Program-made: the position numbers and the translations under genes | Shown: positions 61,501 to 64,000 of the stretch, piece after piece | Position numbering within the stretch: position 1 is the stretch's first letter | Layout: each line of letters starts with the position of its first letter | The notes under the pieces: generated by a model | Seen by the model: only the letters and a program-made list of their open reading frames with translations | Databases searched by the model: none | Told to the model about the DNA's origin: nothing | Assembly: GCA_030265395.1 (NCBI GenBank) | Contig: JARFYF010000001.1 | Location: forward strand, 46,680,427-46,744,426 | Source of the DNA: Rhina ancylostomus | Lineage: Eukaryota | Direction: 5' to 3' | DNA length: 64,000 nt

Positions 61501-64000
61501 CCACTGATGGTGACACTATAACACAAAAGCATAAATGAATCAATGTATATCAAGGAAGTGACAATGAAATAAAGAATAAAAGCAATGGAAAGAACAAAGC
61601 AAGTAAACAACCAACCCAATTTCTCCTGACAAAGTACAGGTACAGTTGTATCTGGACGACTGAGCCCAGCTGCATTTTGAGCTTTAACACGGAACCTGTA
61701 TATCTTCCCCTGTTCTAAACCAGTTACAACACATTCAGGTATGCTAACAGTTTTGAACTTTATCCAGTCTTTTGCTCCTTCTTCCTGGTATTCAATTAAA
61801 AATCCTGTGATTTCTGAACCCCCATCACGATCTGGGTAATTCCAAAGAAGAGATACCTCAGTCTTGTCCACATCAACATGGTGCAAGTTCTTAGGTGGGC
61901 CAGGAGGAGCTGTAAAAATAAGCAACAATCTGATAAGTTAAATGTTGTGGGTATAAATACTATGAGCTTTCAAATGAAATTGTCAATCTCAGCAAATAAC
62001 AACTTACATATTGGATCAATGGCCTTTATAGGTTTTGTTGATTCAATAAAGCTGCTTCTACCATACTGATTTTCAGCAGCCACACGGAACAAATACTGTG
62101 TGCCTTCCATTAAGTACTTAGCCATAATGCTGGGCTTTTTGCTTGTGGATGAGATAGGGATCCATTGAGGAGTTGCAACATCTCGTTTTTCAATTATATA
62201 GTTAGAGATAACAGCACCACCATTGTCTTCTGGTTCCTTCCATGTCAGATAACATGAATCACTTCTAACTTCACTAATATTCAAGTTACGTGGTGGACCA
62301 GGTTTATCTGAAAATGATTAACAGTTTCCTGTTAATTTAATTACTGAACAAATCAAGTTGATTCAAATTGATACAACTCTCATGTTCCATTCATATTACC
62401 TAATACAGTAACAGTACAAGCAGCACTCTTGCTACCAGCTTCATTCTCAACAGTTAATGAATAACATCCACTGTCATCTCTGACAGTATTAAAGATTTCA
62501 AGCTTGCTGCTCTTTGGGGTACTTTCAATGTCAGCTTTTTGTGGTACTTCCTTGTCATTCTTTTTCCACATGATCTTTGGAATTGGCATTCCTTTTATGG
62601 CTGCACTGAGGGTTAAGATAGTTCCTGCTTTTATGTTTACACATCGAGCCATGTTGGCATCTACAAACAAGTCTGGAGCCTCTGCAAAGGAAATAAGAAA
62701 GCTTTACATGTACAGAACCAATTGCACAGAACAAGATTCATTGCAAAACTTTTCAATGTGGAGTGATCCTGTATGTCACTTACCAAGCCTGTCTTTTACT
62801 TGGACAGGATCATGAACGTAAGCTGGATCTGATTCACCAGCTTGATTGACTGCGAAAATCCGGAATTTGTAGGTATCACCTTCAGTAAGATCTGCCACCT
62901 TAAAATGAAGGTCAGGACAGGACTCTGGTGTTTGATTGGCTTTCTTCCACTCTTCATCACCAACTTTCTGGTATTCCACTAAATATCCCAATATTCTGCC
63001 TCCTCCATCATGACGAGGAGGTTGCCAAGATAANNNNNNNNNNNNNNNNNNNNNNNNNNCTGCTTGAGGAGTAACAGGTGGACTTGGTTTAACTGAATCA
63101 AGAATAAAATAGTGGTCATAACAAATCTTACAAATACATCAGAATTGTTATTTCAAATAAAAGAAAGAAATAGATATAAATTGAATATACCTATTGGATC
63201 TTTTGCAAAGAAGGGTTTAGATGGTGGACTAGGGTCACCAACTCCTATTTCATTTTCTGCGGACACACGGAATTCATATTCACAGCCTTCAAGGAGATCA
63301 GTTACAGTAAACTGGGTATCTGGATAAATTGGCTCTTTGGATACTTTTAACCAGCGATGGGACATTGTTTCTTTCTTTTCCACAATATATTTAAAGATGG
63401 GCTTGCCACCATCCCGTGGTCGATTCCAAACAACCAGAGCAGAATCTTTAGTAATATTTTTTACAACTGGTTGTTCTGGTGCTTCAGGAACCCCTTCAGA
63501 GAAAAGAATTAAAACCAACTAAGTAAAGAAATTAACCAAAATTCCTTACTGCTACACAACAGTTTATAAACCCATTAATAAGAGACAGAACATATTTGCT
63601 ATTGCCATACATAAATAACATCTTATTTTATTATTGAAACAATAATATCTTTAAATGCAATACACTATGAAACTATAAATTGTCATATTCCAGACAATAA
63701 AAGATAGAAAACACACTTGATTTTTAAATTTACTTTTCTCAATATTTCCTTTTATTGACTTCCATCCAATCTGTTAGAAAACTCTGAGGTCTAGCACTTA
63801 CTGTAACGATCTTTGGCTTTAACTTCTTCTGAAAGCAATGGGTCACTGATTCCATACATGTTTTCTGCATAGATACGAATAATATACTCCCGGCCCTCAA
63901 TTAATTTTGGAACTTTGCAAGATGTCTTTGTAGTTGAAGTAGTAACAGGCATCCAGAGCTCTCGGTTTGCATCCCTCTTTTCAACAATATAATTAGTGAT
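1..64000 (-). CDS. TTN: Titin (connectin), partial multi-exon gene: distal D-zone, complete C-zone, P-zone, kinase, M1-M4; open at both window ends
   Basis: Tandem Ig (PxVxWxK...DxGxY) and Fn3 (PGPP...W..P..DGGS.I..Y...YEFRV.A.N..G) domains in the titin super-repeat order, followed by the kinase and M-band sequence ([35 protein letters not shown]); 61 exons splice in frame. Confidence 0.99.
3200..3843 (-). other. TTN: Titin kinase domain (visible part; C-lobe end and most of the regulatory tail fall in the N gap 2959-3199)
   Basis: Manual translation: [18 protein letters not shown]...TYMAKFVK...VKKEIDIF...[12 protein letters not shown]...KIIELGQAR...[12 protein letters not shown]...TDMWSVG. 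Confidence 0.97.
4837..5430 (-). CDS. TTN: TTN exon 357-eq: Fn3 + Ig (594 nt)
   Basis: cag|AG acceptor, G|gtatgt donor; ORF 4811..5374. Confidence 0.93.
5519..5824 (-). CDS. TTN: TTN exon 356-eq: Fn3 (306 nt)
   Basis: cag|AT, G|gtaagt; ORF 5457..5813. Confidence 0.93.
5932..6507 (-). CDS. TTN: TTN exon 355-eq: Ig + Ig (576 nt)
   Basis: cag|CT, G|gtaatc; ORF 5915..6376. Confidence 0.93.
6600..6899 (-). CDS. TTN: TTN exon 354-eq: Fn3 (300 nt), last domain of C11
   Basis: cag|AT, T|gtgcgt; splicing gives KTKLTSGEEP. Confidence 0.92.
7012..7317 (-). CDS. TTN: TTN exon 353-eq: Fn3 (306 nt)
   Basis: tag|AT, G|gtatgt. Confidence 0.92.
7422..8006 (-). CDS. TTN: TTN exon 352-eq: Ig + Fn3 (585 nt)
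   Basis: cag|AG, A|gtaagt; ORF 7390..7929. Confidence 0.93.
8386..8688 (-). CDS. TTN: TTN exon 351-eq: Fn3 (303 nt)
   Basis: tag|AT, G|gtaaga. Confidence 0.92.
8762..9030 (+). mobile_element. Degenerate ancient SINE-like remnant in intron 350
   Basis: Stretch ggctagtgaggagaaattcaggtagggatctgtttcttgactgctat...ctccacagtcaaacag resembles, from memory, a tRNA-headed SINE common in shark/chimaera genomes (UCON3-like); not verified by search. Confidence 0.35.
9343..9645 (-). CDS. TTN: TTN exon 350-eq: Fn3 (303 nt)
   Basis: cag|AT, G|gtaaca; ORF 9326..9643. Confidence 0.93.
9972..10271 (-). CDS. TTN: TTN exon 349-eq: Fn3 (300 nt)
   Basis: cag|AT AAA CCA GGA (DKPGPP...), A|gtaagt; not in the ORF track in the correct frame. 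Confidence 0.92.
10386..10673 (-). CDS. TTN: TTN exon 348-eq: Ig (288 nt)
   Basis: cag|TG, G|gtaagt. Confidence 0.93.
10787..11380 (-). CDS. TTN: TTN exon 347-eq: Fn3 + Fn3 (594 nt)
   Basis: cag|AT, G|gtaggt. Confidence 0.93.
11485..11766 (-). CDS. TTN: TTN exon 346-eq: Ig (282 nt), first domain of C11
   Basis: cag|AA, G|gtatgt. Confidence 0.93.
12028..12333 (-). CDS. TTN: TTN exon 345-eq: Fn3 (306 nt)
   Basis: tag|AT, G|gtaagt. Confidence 0.93.
12420..12725 (-). CDS. TTN: TTN exon 344-eq: Fn3 (306 nt)
   Basis: cag|CC, T|gtaagt. Confidence 0.92.
12822..13121 (-). CDS. TTN: TTN exon 343-eq: Fn3 (300 nt)
   Basis: tag|AT, A|gtaagt. Confidence 0.92.
13234..13524 (-). CDS. TTN: TTN exon 342-eq: Ig (291 nt)
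   Basis: cag|TA, G|gtatgt. Confidence 0.93.
13626..13873 (-). CDS. TTN: TTN exon 341-eq: Fn3, interrupted by an under-sized 10-N gap
   Basis: aag|AT CCT CCA GGT ([16 protein letters not shown]) ... gap ... [18 protein letters not shown]...KDEY G|gtatgg. Confidence 0.85.
13978..14280 (-). CDS. TTN: TTN exon 340-eq: Fn3 (303 nt)
   Basis: tag|TT, G|gtaagc. Confidence 0.92.
14375..16542 (-). CDS. TTN: TTN exon 339-eq: Fn-Fn-Ig-Fn-Fn-Ig-Fn (2,064 nt after closing the false gap)
   Basis: tag|CT, G|gtaagt; ORFs 14555..16540 and 14325..14723 join as [12 protein letters not shown] when the 100-N gap and its 4-nt overlap are removed. Confidence 0.92.
16655..16954 (-). CDS. TTN: TTN exon 338-eq: Fn3 (300 nt)
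   Basis: tag|AC, A|gtacgt. Confidence 0.92.
17070..17357 (-). CDS. TTN: TTN exon 337-eq: Ig (288 nt)
   Basis: tag|TA, G|gtaatt. Confidence 0.92.
17460..17753 (-). CDS. TTN: TTN exon 336-eq: Fn3 (294 nt)
   Basis: cag|AT, A|gtaagt. Confidence 0.92.
17866..19632 (-). CDS. TTN: TTN exon 335-eq: Ig-Fn-Fn-Ig-Fn-Fn (1,767 nt)
   Basis: cag|AG, G|gtaagt; ORF 17858..19696. Confidence 0.94.
19722..20027 (-). CDS. TTN: TTN exon 334-eq: Fn3 (306 nt)
   Basis: tag|AT, G|gtaagt. Confidence 0.92.
20123..20425 (-). CDS. TTN: TTN exon 333-eq: Fn3 (303 nt)
   Basis: tag|TT, G|gtatgt. Confidence 0.92.
20514..20813 (-). CDS. TTN: TTN exon 332-eq: Fn3 (300 nt)
   Basis: cag|AC, G|gtaaga. Confidence 0.92.
20909..21196 (-). 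CDS. TTN: TTN exon 331-eq: Ig (288 nt)
   Basis: tag|GT, G|gtatgt. Confidence 0.92.
21302..21598 (-). CDS. TTN: TTN exon 330-eq: Fn3 (297 nt)
   Basis: cag|AG, G|gtaatt. Confidence 0.92.
21726..22028 (-). CDS. TTN: TTN exon 329-eq: Fn3 (303 nt)
   Basis: cag|CA, G|gtaggt. Confidence 0.92.
22141..22728 (-). CDS. TTN: TTN exon 328-eq: Ig + Fn3 (588 nt)
   Basis: cag|AA, A|gtaagt. Confidence 0.93.
22896..23192 (-). CDS. TTN: TTN exon 327-eq: Fn3 (297 nt)
   Basis: cag|AA, G|gtaatt. Confidence 0.93.
23445..23868 (+). mobile_element. Decayed CR1-clade LINE, 3' part of ORF2 (intron 326)
   Basis: ctataaaacactggtttagcctcaact...ggaaggatgt...gcagaaaagattta...gagaagctgactttgttctcctt...aggctcagaggtgatttaat matches the CR1 C-terminal pattern LYKTLVRPxLE...ERVQKRF...LEKLGLFSL..RRLRGDL, with indels. 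Confidence 0.7.
24717..24795. repeat. Inverted repeat / hairpin, 30-bp arms (29/30 paired), 19-nt spacer; Eulor1-like
   Basis: Arm 1 24717-24746 gcataatttcattaggtttgtcagttaagc; arm 2 24766-24795 gcttaactgaaaaacctaatgaaattatgc. The hairpin is directly visible; the family assignment is from memory only. Confidence 0.9.
24903..42119 (-). CDS. TTN: TTN giant exon (326-equivalent): Fn3 + five complete 11-domain super-repeats (C3-C7) + Ig + Fn3; 17,217 nt as assembled, 17,106 nt corrected
   Basis: cag|AT GTA CCT at 42119, G|gtaatt at 24903; uninterrupted ORF 24790..42153. Confidence 0.97.
42219..42521 (-). CDS. TTN: TTN exon 325-eq: Fn3 (303 nt)
   Basis: cag|GT, T|gtaagg. Confidence 0.92.
42622..43209 (-). 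CDS. TTN: TTN exon 324-eq: Ig + Fn3 (588 nt, includes 32 N)
   Basis: cag|TG, G|gtaatc. Confidence 0.92.
43306..43602 (-). CDS. TTN: TTN exon 323-eq: Fn3 (297 nt)
   Basis: cag|AT CCT CCT GGA, G|gtacgt; translated manually. Confidence 0.91.
43694..43891 (-). CDS. TTN: TTN exon 322-eq: C-terminal two-thirds of an Fn3 (198 nt)
   Basis: cag|GC TAT CAT, G|gtaggt. Confidence 0.91.
43968..44072 (-). CDS. TTN: TTN exon 321-eq: N-terminal third of an Fn3 (105 nt)
   Basis: aag|AT GTG CCT ([35 protein letters not shown]), G|gtacaa; 105+198=303. Confidence 0.88.
44170..44757 (-). CDS. TTN: TTN exon 320-eq: Ig + Fn3 (588 nt)
   Basis: tag|TT, G|gtaagc. Confidence 0.93.
45095..45645 (-). mobile_element. 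Highly decayed CR1-clade LINE 3' end (intron 319)
   Basis: ccttcctaaggtgtggtcccc...gaggtctggccaaacctctatacaactaaagcacaacttt is the reverse complement of the CR1 ORF2 end (V.L.LY..LVRPHL...WSP.LRKD); acaggagtag...attcaactagatc resembles the 3' UTR. Confidence 0.55.
46745..47105 (+). mobile_element. Deu-domain SINE remnant (SacSINE1/AmnSINE1-like)
   Basis: caagattccactgcattatttgacaaagagaattttccccaaatcctagaaaatattccttcttca and ttactggctatgaaacactttaaatcattctgagg resemble the DeuSINE core and tail as recalled. Confidence 0.5.
47297..47584 (-). CDS. TTN: TTN exon 319-eq: Fn3 (288 nt)
   Basis: cag|AG, G|gtgagt. Confidence 0.93.
47701..47991 (-). CDS. TTN: TTN exon 318-eq: Fn3 (291 nt)
   Basis: tag|AC ACT CCT GGT, G|gtaagg; translated manually. 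Confidence 0.91.
48104..48391 (-). CDS. TTN: TTN exon 317-eq: Ig (288 nt), first domain of C2
   Basis: cag|TT, G|gtaagt. Confidence 0.92.
48500..48736 (+). mobile_element. CR1-clade LINE 3' terminus (5'-truncated copy, intron 316)
   Basis: gagtctttcaatatttttaaggcag...tcttgataagcaagg...gttgaggttacaatcagagcagccatgat...gaggggctgagtaacctactcctgcttttaattc has the IFKxExDxFL ORF2 end followed by the typical chondrichthyan CR1 tail (recalled). Confidence 0.7.
49710..50015 (-). CDS. TTN: TTN exon 316-eq: Fn3 (306 nt)
   Basis: tag|AT, A|gtaagt. Confidence 0.93.
50112..50414 (-). CDS. TTN: TTN exon 315-eq: Fn3 (303 nt)
   Basis: cag|AT, T|gtaagc. Confidence 0.92.
50507..50803 (-). CDS. TTN: TTN exon 314-eq: Fn3 (297 nt)
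   Basis: tag|AT AAA CCT GGC, G|gtaaat; translated manually. Confidence 0.91.
51076..51363 (-). CDS. TTN: TTN exon 313-eq: Ig (288 nt)
   Basis: cag|TT, G|gtaaaa. Confidence 0.92.
51496..51795 (-). CDS. TTN: TTN exon 312-eq: Fn3 (300 nt)
   Basis: cag|AT, G|gtaaca. Confidence 0.92.
51903..52205 (-). CDS. TTN: TTN exon 311-eq: Fn3 (303 nt)
   Basis: cag|AT, G|gtaagt. Confidence 0.92.
52291..52590 (-). CDS. TTN: TTN exon 310-eq: Fn3 (300 nt)
   Basis: cag|AT ATT CCC GGA, G|gtaagt; translated manually. Confidence 0.91.
52716..52991 (-). CDS. TTN: TTN exon 309-eq: Ig (276 nt)
   Basis: tag|TG, G|gtttgt. Confidence 0.91.
53289..53591 (-). CDS. TTN: TTN exon 308-eq: Fn3 (303 nt)
   Basis: tag|GT GAA CCA GAT, A|gtaagt; translated manually. 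Confidence 0.91.
53727..54026 (-). CDS. TTN: TTN exon 307-eq: Fn3 (300 nt)
   Basis: cag|AT, A|gtaagt. Confidence 0.92.
54075..57680 (-). mobile_element. Fragmented fossil CR1 LINE (endonuclease end - RT - 3' UTR), split by later insertions; pieces ~54075-54435, ~54810-54950, ~56240-57680
   Basis: ORF 57468..57680 (GEDFL...[16 protein letters not shown]...LGDYL) matches the CR1 APE endonuclease C-terminus; degenerate SGV(PQG)SVLGPLL at ~56557-56588; 3' UTR-like atcatagaa...ccattaagcccatcaagtctgtgc at ~54077. Confidence 0.7.
54450..54790 (+). mobile_element. HER1-like LINE 3' end (tail shared with elasmobranch HE1 SINE), nested in the CR1 above
   Basis: catctacaaaatgcactgca...gtgacctctaccac...cacacatcatcctgact...ctgcagtggttcaagaagatggctcaccagcactttctcaagggcagtt...gccttgtcagcaatatccacatccc + A-rich tail; family recalled, not searched. 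Confidence 0.6.
57719..58003 (-). CDS. TTN: TTN exon 306-eq: Ig (285 nt), first domain of C1
   Basis: cag|AA, G|gtgagt. Confidence 0.93.
58117..58437 (-). CDS. TTN: TTN exon 305-eq: Fn3 (321 nt), last D-zone domain
   Basis: cag|AA, G|gtatgc. Confidence 0.92.
58549..61515 (-). CDS. TTN: TTN exon 304-eq: Ig-Fn-Fn-Fn-Ig-Fn-Fn-Ig-Fn-Fn (2,967 nt)
   Basis: tag|TG, G|gtatgt; ORF 58505..61543. Confidence 0.94.
61616..61909 (-). CDS. TTN: TTN exon 303-eq: Fn3 (294 nt)
   Basis: cag|CT, G|gttggt. Confidence 0.91.
62008..62307 (-). CDS. TTN: TTN exon 302-eq: Fn3 (300 nt)
   Basis: cag|AT, T|gtaagt. Confidence 0.92.
62400..62681 (-). CDS. TTN: TTN exon 301-eq: Ig (282 nt)
   Basis: cag|AG, G|gtaata. 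Confidence 0.92.
62784..63092 (-). CDS. TTN: TTN exon 300-eq: Fn3 (309 nt, includes 26 N)
   Basis: cag|TT, G|gtaagt. Confidence 0.91.
63191..63493 (-). CDS. TTN: TTN exon 299-eq: Fn3 (303 nt)
   Basis: aag|GG GTT CCT, G|gtatat. Confidence 0.88.
63802..64000 (-). CDS. TTN: TTN exon 298-eq, partial: Fn3
   Basis: [67 protein letters not shown]|gtaagt. Confidence 0.92.

Noticed and set aside
13874-63496. Three AAG acceptors (exons ending at 13873, 44072 and 63493)
   Set aside because: Three of 60 is in line with the usual low frequency of AAG 3' splice sites; no GC-AG or U12-type introns were seen

Overview
The whole window is the 3' part of a vertebrate titin (TTN) gene on the minus strand. 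I traced 61 exons, all flanked by GT-AG introns in phase 1. They encode the end of the D-zone, all eleven 11-domain C-zone Ig/Fn3 super-repeats, the P-zone, titin kinase and M-band domains M1-M4. Counting between the giant exon and the kinase exon (Mex1), they correspond one-to-one to human TTN exons ~298-358; human numbering and sizes are recalled, not looked up. About 73% of the window (46,920 nt) is coding and most introns are ~76-380 nt. Five larger introns hold decayed CR1-clade LINE and SINE remnants that, from memory, look chondrichthyan (shark/ray). Main observations: (1) a near-perfect 30-bp hairpin ~110 nt into the intron after the giant exon, resembling the ancient Eulor1 palindromic repeat; (2) a titin kinase that keeps the pseudokinase marks (MAK, ELG) but has Ala at the autoinhibitory Y170 position and Lys at R129; (3) a giant exon that, after removing a false 100-N gap, is exactly 17,106 nt with a constant 3,246-nt super-repeat period. 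Several N-gaps create artefactual frameshifts or insertions. I found no CRISPR, rRNA, tRNA or independent + strand gene.
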